Virus record (IMG/VR): IMGVR_UViG_3300026488_000015
Span: 64,001 to 128,000 of that record
Length of the DNA stretch: 64,000 bases
Reading direction: 5' to 3' (one strand)
Origin: a virus
Position 1 is the first letter of the stretch, and every line of letters begins with the position of its first letter. The notes beneath the pieces are model-generated. The model was not told the origin of the DNA and did not search any database. It was given only the letters and a program-made list of their open reading frames with translations. A program made the position numbers and the translations under genes. Of this stretch, positions 54,501 through 62,297 are shown piece by piece.

Positions 54501-54589
54501 CAAAAGTTTCTACTACATACAATCCAGAATTTAATATAGGTGTATGCATAGAAGATTCCGTAAACGGGACTGTAATGGTTAAAGTCTAA
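51551..54589 (+). CDS. Tail fibre / receptor-binding protein with C-terminal intramolecular chaperone-like (peptidase G2-type) domain
   Basis: G/T/S/N-rich beta repeats (LTVNGNTVLGNANTD, VAQGTAPL..S.TKV..LN.DYLDG), C-terminal YADVAENY...GVVSTNPA...ALKGKIPC; TATAAATA at 51517-51524. Confidence 0.8.
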   Translation: MITRSFNKIDLDLAVVEAEIAGVVISTNKITSVQSNSTLTLEGNGTGKITLNDDTKVNGSLSTSKDVVFHSDFALIADDSSGEFSNRSGTNIDHIWHNDTTNSWNFVSDGTYRKDGISGSSTLRAQHLALGSHLTVNGNTVLGNANTDSTTARGTVTLSDAGKLTNIKGTLNVDQAVSFDSTLNVASTTTLNSTLTVNGSTTLKSNLTVNGNTVLGNANTDTSVIRGTLTLSDLDKLTTIKGSLRINQDLVIDKALNVTNDLVVGDFNDSNSNITVLAGETKIAQISAYGSSQGTGIVYVGQSSSHGGGIVYNGDDNPNLPFSTDSISMFRRSSGVDYEIIHASHGSSRVLFNDSITIEGTSDSSSTITGSFQTKGGVGIAKKLYVGTSVYAPTYYDLNNTGYYGNFASTSRMNLLNLTTLNVYGITTLGDAVTDSTRIRGTVTISDNTKLTKIEGKLTVDEATILSSTLNVNGNTTLGNAVTDSTTIRGTVTIGDDTKNTRIGGTLSVDETATFSGIINANAGIKQDNFSILNGSDTWLRTSGNTGWYSATHGGGMYMTDTTWVQTYADKGLSGRVLRSTVAQGTAPLVVTSTTKVAKLNVDYLDGQDISYYRNATNLNAGTISDARLPNIITSDIKGIKYVDSSNEMTLAQGFVGGRLYLNYRGATSAITELYIANGRGATTTNVIARQYTSNVAQGTAPLIVASSTKVTNLNADYLDGQTLTSAGTANTVVGRDGSGDINARLFKSTYGTTSSLAATADICFRNSTSDNYLRFVDHAGIISWIGKVNDSQKLDNLDSTQFLRSDTADTYTSLSGGRLTATGTGNNYTNGGIEVRSSGSAIPTIGFHKPGAFAGELQLRANNEFYFRNNGDTGNANVTAEVFRGKATSANYADVAENYLSDSVQVPGTVMGIGGENEIAVWTEGMPLAGVVSTNPALIMNNEDSIKDNELYLEIALKGKIPCFIEGEAKKGQYLVPSSNGKAKVSTTYNPEFNIGVCIEDSVNGTVMVKV

Positions 54590-55611
54590 GTAAGAAAACT
54601 TAGCACTACTTTATTCATAAACTCTCTATCTGATTTCTCAGGTAGAGTAGTCCTCAACATAAGTTCATCAACTCTATCTAAAGTATCTCGTACTTCATCA
54701 AGAGCATCATCTACATCGACACGGCCTTCTTTGACATCTTTCAATCTCTCTGCTTTTGTGAGAGGAAATTTAAGAAAGTTGGTGGTAAGAAGTTCTTCAA
54801 CCTCTACAGCTACTCTAAGAGCGTGAGATAAAGCTTTAAAGTCTGTTTTTGATTCAGTCTTAGCAACAGTTTTTGTTCTGTTACCAAAACCTTCATATAA
54901 TTTCTTAACTCTCTCAAGCATATACAAGAAAGTAACATTTCCTTCGTACATTTTACCAAGGACAGAAAAATACTCACATTCAGTATGTTCACCAAGACCA
55001 CGAGAGTTAGGTGCCATAACGAACTTAACATATTTGTATCCTCTTGTAATAACTTTCAAATCATCAAATCTATCACTAAGTTTTGTATCAGGTGAACCTT
55101 GTGCCCAGCCATCTAGTGCTTTTACAAGTTTATCTAGCTCTGCATATCTATCACCTTTGACACCGAATTTCTTCGTTTGTCCGACAGCATATCCAACAAA
55201 TTTCTTCATATTTCTATTTTGGAATTTTGTGTGATTATCTTTCATTACTTTAGTAAATTCAGGTACTTCGTAAACGACTGTATCCTTTCTAAACATAGAG
55301 TAAAGTAAATCTACTGCACCCGTTTCAGAACCTTCGAGTAAATCCATAAATTTGTATGGAGAATATCCATCTAAATCTACATCATCAGCACCATTCTTTT
55401 CTTTAGTGTCTTTACCAACTTTAAGAAATTCTACATCTTTTTTCAATAGAACATCTTCTTTACTTGGAGCGAACAAAAATTTATAATCAGTATCAGAATT
55501 AACATTATCTGTACCGTATAATTTTGAACCACTAAGAGTCACATATAGAACCCTAACATTGTGTTTTTCTTCTAGTCCTCTGAGGACCTCTTTTAGTTTT
55601 TCGTTTGTCAT
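54586..55611 (-). CDS. Pol-beta superfamily nucleotidyltransferase (T4 NrdC.11-like)
   Basis: GSKLYGTDNVNSDTDYK (GS..DxD), FVGYA, DFKALSHALR, LP...D; start likely MTNEK at 55611. Confidence 0.85.
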   Translation of the reverse strand: MTNEKLKEVLRGLEEKHNVRVLYVTLSGSKLYGTDNVNSDTDYKFLFAPSKEDVLLKKDVEFLKVGKDTKEKNGADDVDLDGYSPYKFMDLLEGSETGAVDLLYSMFRKDTVVYEVPEFTKVMKDNHTKFQNRNMKKFVGYAVGQTKKFGVKGDRYAELDKLVKALDGWAQGSPDTKLSDRFDDLKVITRGYKYVKFVMAPNSRGLGEHTECEYFSVLGKMYEGNVTFLYMLERVKKLYEGFGNRTKTVAKTESKTDFKALSHALRVAVEVEELLTTNFLKFPLTKAERLKDVKEGRVDVDDALDEVRDTLDRVDELMLRTTLPEKSDREFMNKVVLSFLT

Positions 55612-55720
55612 TTTATGACCTTTATTTTGATTTTCCACCAATCAATTTACGGTATTAATAACCGAATAAAGTATCTCTCTTTATATGTAATATTATAACA
55701 TAAGTAACCTTAAAACCTTC

Positions 55721-56236
55721 TTAATCTAGTAAATCAGCATATTTACCTAGTTTCTTTAATTTCACGCCTTCTAAAAACTCTTTGATGAATAGCTTGAAGT
55801 TATTGGAATCCCATCCACTGTATTGCATAGCTTGTTCTAATATTTTTGGGTTGCTTAGAGCTATTTCAGCTGTCTTACGGAATTTGTCGTGGTGAAGGTT
55901 AGCAATAGCGTGTCTATTCAATTCGTACATCAAATCATATTTACCAGTGAATTCTTTTATTCTTGGTAAAATAATCTCTAATGCCTCATAATTACCTAGT
56001 TCAATTGCTGTTTTTATAATCTGATTGAAATTTTGTGAGTACTCATAACCTTTAAGATTACTGACCAGTTTAACTGCCTTTACATTATTCGTTTGGATTA
56101 TTCTGCGTATAACCTCATCTTCATAAGGTATTTTGTTTTTTAAAAGTCCCTTGATTTCTTTATCAAGATTCCTTCCACCTGGTCCCATTGTATCTAAATC
56201 CCACCAATCTGTTACTTTTTCGTTCATATCCAACAC
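55721..56236 (-). CDS. Degenerate ankyrin-like protein with GKYADLL tag
   Basis: IIKTAIELGNYEALEIIL; late promoter at 56249-56256. Confidence 0.6.
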   Translation of the reverse strand: MLDMNEKVTDWWDLDTMGPGGRNLDKEIKGLLKNKIPYEDEVIRRIIQTNNVKAVKLVSNLKGYEYSQNFNQIIKTAIELGNYEALEIILPRIKEFTGKYDLMYELNRHAIANLHHDKFRKTAEIALSNPKILEQAMQYSGWDSNNFKLFIKEFLEGVKLKKLGKYADLLD

Positions 56237-56251
56237 CTCGTTTAATAATAT

Positions 56252-56503
56252 TTATAAGAATAAGTGAGGTGCCAGTTCTTTAGCTTCTTCTAAAGATTTA
56301 AAATCGTGTTTAATGTTGTTGGATTCCATTTTGTAGTTTTCTATCAGCTCGTAATCGCCTGAAGCACTATGGATGACTAAAACATCATCTAAGGTATATC
56401 GTTCCGTGTCTTCATCGTATCCGAGGACTTCGGCAAAGAATCTGAATTCGGCTCTATCGTCCTCTTTGTAATCCACATAAACGATAGCACCTATCCCATA
56501 CAT
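56252..56503 (-). CDS. Hypothetical protein, C-terminal PHLFL tag
   Basis: Motif family. Confidence 0.5.
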   Translation of the reverse strand: MYGIGAIVYVDYKEDDRAEFRFFAEVLGYDEDTERYTLDDVLVIHSASGDYELIENYKMESNNIKHDFKSLEEAKELAPHLFL

Positions 56504-56505
56504 TT

Positions 56506-56979
56506 TTAGCTCTTCGAGAATAAATGAGGGTTATTTTTCTTCATTGAATCCCACGAGTGTTTCGCAGCATCTGTAAGCTCAACAGCTTCTTCAAGCTCGT
56601 ACTCTTCAGTTCTATCGTTATCATATGGTTTAATCATAACAGGCGTACCTGATGCTAAATCCACGATACCCATAATGTCAAAAATATCTAATGAGCGGTA
56701 ATAAGCCTCACCGTCAAAACCCGTAACGATATAAATCGTGTCGTTATCTACATTGTAATAGCTGTCATCTAGCGACTGGCCTTCGATGTCTAATACCATC
56801 ATTCCTTCAGACTGCTCTAAAACATCTTCTGGTAGTGGTTTATCCCATCGGTCTTCTGGTGTTAAAATTAATCTGAATGGTATCCCAGCATCTAAATAAG
56901 TTGCTACTAGCATAAACATTTGGTCATCTATCACTTCTTTTACCATTTCCGGGTAGTCTGTTTGTGGGGCTTTCATCAT
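56506..56979 (-). CDS. Putative SspB-fold protein (protease adaptor-like)
   Basis: By-eye alignment to the SspB core: LDAGIPFRLIL / LPE..L....MMVLDI / DNDTIYIVTGFDG / SLDIFDIMGIVD..SG, then an acidic linker and short tail. Confidence 0.45.
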   Translation of the reverse strand: MMKAPQTDYPEMVKEVIDDQMFMLVATYLDAGIPFRLILTPEDRWDKPLPEDVLEQSEGMMVLDIEGQSLDDSYYNVDNDTIYIVTGFDGEAYYRSLDIFDIMGIVDLASGTPVMIKPYDNDRTEEYELEEAVELTDAAKHSWDSMKKNNPHLFSKS

Positions 56980-57638
56980 TACATCCTTTGTTTTGTTTTA
57001 AATCTTCTATACATAGATAATCTACTAATATCTATTGTAGTTAATATTTTTCTTACACCACAAAAATCGTTATCTTGTGGTTTAGGGAACATATAATCTC
57101 GCGTGGCTTTCTCTACTTCATCTAAAAATTGATATTCTCCATCTACCCAAGCATAATCTTTTGTGACTAAATCATTGCTATACACTTTAACATCACTAAA
57201 ATTATCCAGCATATAATTTAAGCAAGATATTTCTTGTTTAGTTTGGAGTACTTCAAGAGGAGCTATTCTTCTCATATATAATAATATTTCCTCAGCGTCG
57301 AACTCCTTAACTGGTGCTACGCACGAATTAAAATCGTTCATATCACCCGCTTCAGCGCAAATAACATAATCATCTGCAATATTAGCAAAGTTGTGTATAA
57401 CAATGATATTAATAGCAAGATTCAATTCATAAAGCAACTCTAAGAATAGCATATTCTTATCTTGGTCGTAAGACATATTGATATAAGCGTCTTGTTTAAT
57501 ATTCAGCTGATTGCCGATATAGGTTTTATTGTCAAACTTACGCCTATTTGTACAGACAGCAGGCAATGAAAGTGTGTCCGTAAAAAAATCAATATCTGTA
57601 TTGCAATCGTTTATAAACATATAAAGCGTTGGTTTCAT
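56979..57638 (-). CDS. Hypothetical protein
   Basis: 219 aa ORF in the operon. Confidence 0.5.
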   Translation of the reverse strand: MKPTLYMFINDCNTDIDFFTDTLSLPAVCTNRRKFDNKTYIGNQLNIKQDAYINMSYDQDKNMLFLELLYELNLAINIIVIHNFANIADDYVICAEAGDMNDFNSCVAPVKEFDAEEILLYMRRIAPLEVLQTKQEISCLNYMLDNFSDVKVYSNDLVTKDYAWVDGEYQFLDEVEKATRDYMFPKPQDNDFCGVRKILTTIDISRLSMYRRFKTKQRM

Positions 57639-57645
57639 ATTTACT

Positions 57646-58059
57646 TTACATCCTTAAAATTTTTGTTCGTTCGTTGAAATAAAAGACAATATCGTCCATT
57701 ATTTTTTGTTGATTCTTAGATGTTACTACACCGTCATCGATTCTGACCCAGCTGTAAGAGAAAATCTCCTCCGGGTCAGCACTAATACTAATTTCTTTAT
57801 CAGTAAAACTTATAAGGAATATACCTACATCTTTACGGGAACCTTTTTGGAAAAAGTAATCACCAAGATATGACTGTGCTACTACAATTCCTGATTCTTC
57901 TTCGAATTCACGAACTGCACAGTCCTCAATGCTTTCTCCTTCTTCAATCTTTCCCTTGAAAAAATTGTAGTCACCTATTCTTCCTGTTTTATTTAATAGG
58001 ACATAAACACCGTCCTCTCTAATCTGATAAGGACAAATACCATAAGAAAATTCTTTCAT
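57646..58059 (-). CDS. Nudix hydrolase
   Basis: Nudix box GKIEEGESIEDCAVREFEEESG. Confidence 0.92.
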   Translation of the reverse strand: MKEFSYGICPYQIREDGVYVLLNKTGRIGDYNFFKGKIEEGESIEDCAVREFEEESGIVVAQSYLGDYFFQKGSRKDVGIFLISFTDKEISISADPEEIFSYSWVRIDDGVVTSKNQQKIMDDIVFYFNERTKILRM

Positions 58060-58597
58060 ATTTTTCTCCTTCTTGTATTATAACACTCTTTTACTTAATT
58101 TTATTCTAGCTGTCGATACTGCAGTTTGTTATATCTTGTGGTATTTCTGTTACTGGTTTAGCTGTCATAATATCAAACAGCATCTTCTCAGCAAAATCAT
58201 TGAGATTTGTATCGATTTTTACTGTTTTTACTATATTGAGCACATTCGTTGTTAATCCTGCTATACTGCAGTTAAGATGCAATTCAGGTTCTATTTTTTC
58301 TATTTTTTTCAGTAAAGCTTGAGGTAATGTCGTGCTAGTTAGTTCCATTATACCATCAACATATATGTCCCACATACCTATGGTATCTGTTTGTGCTACC
58401 ACCACCTCTTTAGAGAATGATACATAACCTTCTGGTGTTGTATTATCATAAACTAAATGATACATATTAAAATTACAATAAACGGGTACTGTGGCTCTGT
58501 AGCATATCTGTTTAAATACACTAAAATTTAGTACCTTGCTAGTTTCAAGATATATACCTTGAAATCCCGATACTACTACGCTCTTAGAGCTTAACAT

Positions 58598-58771
58598 TTA
58601 CTTTTTCTTAGGTAAAGCTAAGTAGAAACCTGCAAGACCGAGAACAGCACCAGATAGTAATCCACCTGCAAGTAATACACCAGTAACACCTACGCCAACA
58701 CCTACTTTTAATGGAGTGTTCTCCATACCTTTGTCGAATAACTCTTTTACTTTTGTTTTATCTATTTTCAT
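58598..58771 (-). CDS. Small glycine-rich membrane peptide (57 aa; not in the ORF track)
   Basis: MKIDKTKVKELFDKGMENTPLKVGVGVGVTGVLLAGGLLSGAVLGLAGFYLALPKKK; AAGGA RBS and early promoter at about 58805. Confidence 0.6.
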   Translation of the reverse strand: MKIDKTKVKELFDKGMENTPLKVGVGVGVTGVLLAGGLLSGAVLGLAGFYLALPKKK

Positions 58772-58838
58772 CTTTTAATTCCTTTGTTTTGTTTAATGTG
58801 TACTATTATAACACACTTATACTTAATCTCTTCTTAAA

Positions 58839-60207
58839 TTACAGCAATAAATGAGGTTTTTCGTCCAAGTAATCTTGGAACTCCATTGATTTGTATATTC
58901 GTTCTTTGGGGTTGTCGTGAGTGTACTTATTTCTATAATTGCTTATTATGCTATCTGAAGCTTCTTCTTCGGATGAGAATCTTGAAGCTAAATTAGCCAT
59001 ATTATATGCTACACCATTATAAGAAACAAATCCACCTTGTGCTTCATCGTAAATATCTTTTGGTATAGATAGTACATCTAAGAATGCTAAATGTTTTACA
59101 CTATCTAGCTCCCATTTGTAAAATTTGTACACTCTCGTAGCTGTATTTTCCAATAATCCACCTTCGTTATGTAGAGACATTTCCCAGCACTCATACTTTT
59201 TGAATCTCATATAAACCATCCTGGAAATGTAGACCTAAAATCTTCTGTGTCTTTTTCTGATAACAAAGTGGGTGTACTGAATATTAAAGCATCACTTTCG
59301 CCCTCATCATTAATATTCAGTATTTCTCCACGAAAGGTACCAGATTGCCCTTTCGTTTTATTTGATGTATATGATTCGATTACACCATACAGCCGTCCAT
59401 CGCCAATGTCAGCTAGGTTGGCTAGAGTCTTATCGTATAACGGGTACAGAATCACTACCCTACCTATACAAGATTCGTTAGCCTTCATTAAAATCTGAAA
59501 AGTCATATCGTTCCTTTATAGAAAAATGTGAGGGTGGTTATCGATGTGGGGGTTCAACCACCTTAAGGTTTTCGTTAATTCCCCTTGCATTGTCTGTTTT
59601 GTTTTGTTACCTGATTCTAATTCTGAATGCTCAGAAACATTCTGGTAATAGGGTGTATCTAACAGCTCTTGGAGATATTTGGCTCTCTGAATACTAGAAT
59701 CTATTTTAGCCTCTAATGAGGTCCCGTAAATATCTGTCCACGACCAACCCAACCTATCTCTCTGTATTCGTTCCTTAAGGAATTCTTCGGTACCAGAGAA
59801 ATATTGCTCGAGGACTTTTTTCTCTTTATTCATTCTAACGGCAAACATTACAGAAACCAATGTGGATAACGAGCTTTCATTTCATTAGAGCTATCGTGAC
59901 CTAGGACAGAATACTCGTTATTCCACATATAGTGGGTATAATTTTCGTTTCTCTCTATACTCGTGTATGAGTGTGTACTAGTTAATTTCGGTTGACCGAA
60001 ATCTATCGAGCCGTTAAGCAAAACACCAGAAAGACTATTATTATCTCTAACGGTTTGAATTAAGGCATAAAGAACATTATCTTTACACCAAACACCCTCA
60101 AGGTTGCTTATTTTTCCTTGTTCATTCATATTGTTATTGAAGATAAGTATCTCACCTACCTTATGTTTATCTCTGTATCCATCTTTTACATATATTGTGA
60201 ACTGCAT
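58839..60207 (-). CDS. Four tandem hypothetical genes (58839-59219, 59207-59506, 59516-59860, 59848-60207), each ending in the P-x-x-hydrophobic-hydrophobic tag
   Basis: Tails PHLLL, PGWFI, PHIFL, PHWFL. Confidence 0.6.
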
Positions 60208-60208
60208 A

Positions 60209-61519
60209 CTAATCCTTCAGGTCGATAAGGTATCTTTTTTGTCTTGGGTATGATTGTACCTGAGAACCTTCATTCATTTTTGTCGCCGATAACCAGAAGA
60301 TAGGTGCTTTTGGTAATGCTTTCCAAGAAGATAGTTCTTCTATATATAAATCTGTAATAAACATAATAGCATTAAACTTCATTCTATTTTCGTGAATATA
60401 ATCAATACCAGCTTCCATATAAGTACCACCACAACCATTTCTCTCGAATGAAAAATCTTTAGCACTAAAATCAGTAACAGCAGAAACTTGCGTATCAACT
60501 TGAACAACTTTTAATGTCGTGTTTGTCATTTCGCAAATATGTCTAATCTCATTGAGAGGTACTAAGATTTCCTCATTTGACATTGAACCTGAAGTATCAA
60601 CTAAAACGATTAACTCGAAAGTCGTATCTTTTGTTTTACCTCTCAAATCCATACGACCAGGCATTCTACGGTCACGACGCTTGATAGTCAATCTCTTATT
60701 TGCCTTCTTGTTACCTACAAGTTTTTTCAACTCTTTTTTCCAGTTCACTTGAGCTTTTCGTTTGAATAAATCCAACATACTAGCGATGTCCCCAGGTAGA
60801 TTACCTTTCGATTTACTGATAGCACTTTCAAGCATATCACTCGTGATACTATCCATAATTTCTTGAGCTTCTTCTGAAATATCTCCCCATTGGTGAACAC
60901 CGTCTGGTCCATCACCTAGAATAGGATTCCCATCAGCATCTAAAGGTTGCCCGTTCTCATCGACATTACCACTCTCTATAGCATCTTTAATAGCTTGAGC
61001 GAGTGCTTTCTGTTTCTCTTTCTTCTCTTCTTTTTGGTCTTGATAATCTTGGTCTTCATCTAATAATCTGTAATACTGTTCGGTATTCAGCTTAGAAGGA
61101 AAATTGTAATCTCGGTAATCAACACAACCTTTTGGTAAATGAGTCAAGACCTGATTAATGGCCATATCCATAGCTATATTAGCTTGTTCGTGGTCTTCAA
61201 AATCTTTTCTTACAGTCAAGTGTCGATACATAATATGCAACATTTCGTGCTTGATAACATCGATTCGTTCTCTATCTGATAAATCTTCAAAGAAGAATGG
61301 GTTAATCATTAGGTTGTATGCACTGTTACTAAACGATACACCTGCAGTAGGTAAAGCATTTGACATTCGTACCTTACATTTAGCAATCAAGTGAGCATAA
61401 AAGTTATTTCCTGAAACAGTATCAGTAAACATAGCAACGATACTTTTTTCGAATGCATCACGATTAAATACCTTTACTTCTTTTTCTTCTTTTTCATCTT
61501 CTTTTGGTGTCTCGTTCAT
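60209..61519 (-). CDS. Metallopeptidase-like (HExxH) plus vWA domain protein (DUF2201-type)
   Basis: PTAGV, HEMLH, NIAMD.AIN, VNWKKEL, VDTSGSMS MIDAS, GGT, TD. Confidence 0.88.
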   Translation of the reverse strand: MNETPKEDEKEEKEVKVFNRDAFEKSIVAMFTDTVSGNNFYAHLIAKCKVRMSNALPTAGVSFSNSAYNLMINPFFFEDLSDRERIDVIKHEMLHIMYRHLTVRKDFEDHEQANIAMDMAINQVLTHLPKGCVDYRDYNFPSKLNTEQYYRLLDEDQDYQDQKEEKKEKQKALAQAIKDAIESGNVDENGQPLDADGNPILGDGPDGVHQWGDISEEAQEIMDSITSDMLESAISKSKGNLPGDIASMLDLFKRKAQVNWKKELKKLVGNKKANKRLTIKRRDRRMPGRMDLRGKTKDTTFELIVLVDTSGSMSNEEILVPLNEIRHICEMTNTTLKVVQVDTQVSAVTDFSAKDFSFERNGCGGTYMEAGIDYIHENRMKFNAIMFITDLYIEELSSWKALPKAPIFWLSATKMNEGSQVQSYPRQKRYLIDLKD

Positions 61520-61572
61520 ATTTGTATCCTTTTCTTTATATACAGTATTATAACATAAATAAGCTTAAAGCT

Positions 61573-61890
61573 TTATAAAATAGAGTGAGGATTGTCTTCG
61601 ATGTACTGTAAGAATTCAGCTGATTTATGAATCATATTATATTTAATACCTATGACCTCTTCTGCTGTCTTGTATCCTTGGATGTATGACCAGACAGCTA
61701 ATGTTGCATCATCTTTTGATTCATAGAATAAACCATAATCTCGTTTTGTCATTAATTTCACTTGGTATAGGCCATTGTAGGTTGAAACGGCTACTGGTTT
61801 TTTGAATTCATCTACTGCGTTCTGATTGGTCATTTCTGCTTCTTGAAGAAAGACATTCAGTTCATTGGTGCATTCCCATTTGTATCGCAT
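61573..61890 (-). CDS. Hypothetical protein, C-terminal PHSIL tag
   Basis: Motif family. Confidence 0.5.
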   Translation of the reverse strand: MRYKWECTNELNVFLQEAEMTNQNAVDEFKKPVAVSTYNGLYQVKLMTKRDYGLFYESKDDATLAVWSYIQGYKTAEEVIGIKYNMIHKSAEFLQYIEDNPHSIL

Positions 61891-61907
61891 CGTTTCTCCT
61901 TGTTTCT

Positions 61908-62297
61908 TTATATGAATAAATGTGGGTCTGATTCTTTGAGTGCCTCTACTTCTACATTACTAAAAGTGTAACGAAATATAATCGTTTCTGTGTACGGGTC
62001 GAGAACATCTGCAGAGGGAGTAGCCTGTTCGTTTAATAATGTTAAATGTTTTGCTAGAGGGAAATCTTCGTGCAATTGGTGATATGCACGGCGACTGGCT
62101 TCTTCACGCTGTTCCACTGAGCAATCCGTAACGATACTGACATTATAGGCTAAGAATCTTATATATGCTTTATCATTAAATATCACATTTGTAGTACTAC
62201 GGTTTTTTGAGAAATATCTTTTTTCTAAATAAATAAATTCACTTAGAGATTGAGGTTTTTCTTCTATGAAACCATACGGGTTTATAGCGTCAAGCAT
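61908..62297 (-). CDS. Hypothetical protein, C-terminal PHLFI tag
   Basis: Motif family. Confidence 0.5.
   Translation of the reverse strand: MLDAINPYGFIEEKPQSLSEFIYLEKRYFSKNRSTTNVIFNDKAYIRFLAYNVSIVTDCSVEQREEASRRAYHQLHEDFPLAKHLTLLNEQATPSADVLDPYTETIIFRYTFSNVEVEALKESDPHLFI

Larger units (their letters stand above)
6691..61570 (-). repeat. Dispersed early promoter/leader element, about 26 copies
   Basis: Plus-strand core ATTATAACA, usually within CTTTATATGTAATATTATAACATAA..CTTAA, near 6700, 23824, 24742, 27085, 27502, 28303, 30454, 30707, 33196, 33965, 34425, 34793, 36099, 39696, 41191, 42290, 43693, 46017, 47332, 49490, 50906, 51493, 55692, 58077, 58805, 61547. Confidence 0.85.

Noticed and set aside
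51925-54549. Minus-strand ORFs inside the tail fibre gene
   Set aside because: Antisense shadows of the repetitive Thr/Gly/Asn codons.
23821-61570. Repeated ~30 bp element as a CRISPR array or attC-type site
   Set aside because: Copies are dispersed, separated by whole genes, not palindromic, and contain a clear extended -10 followed by an RBS.
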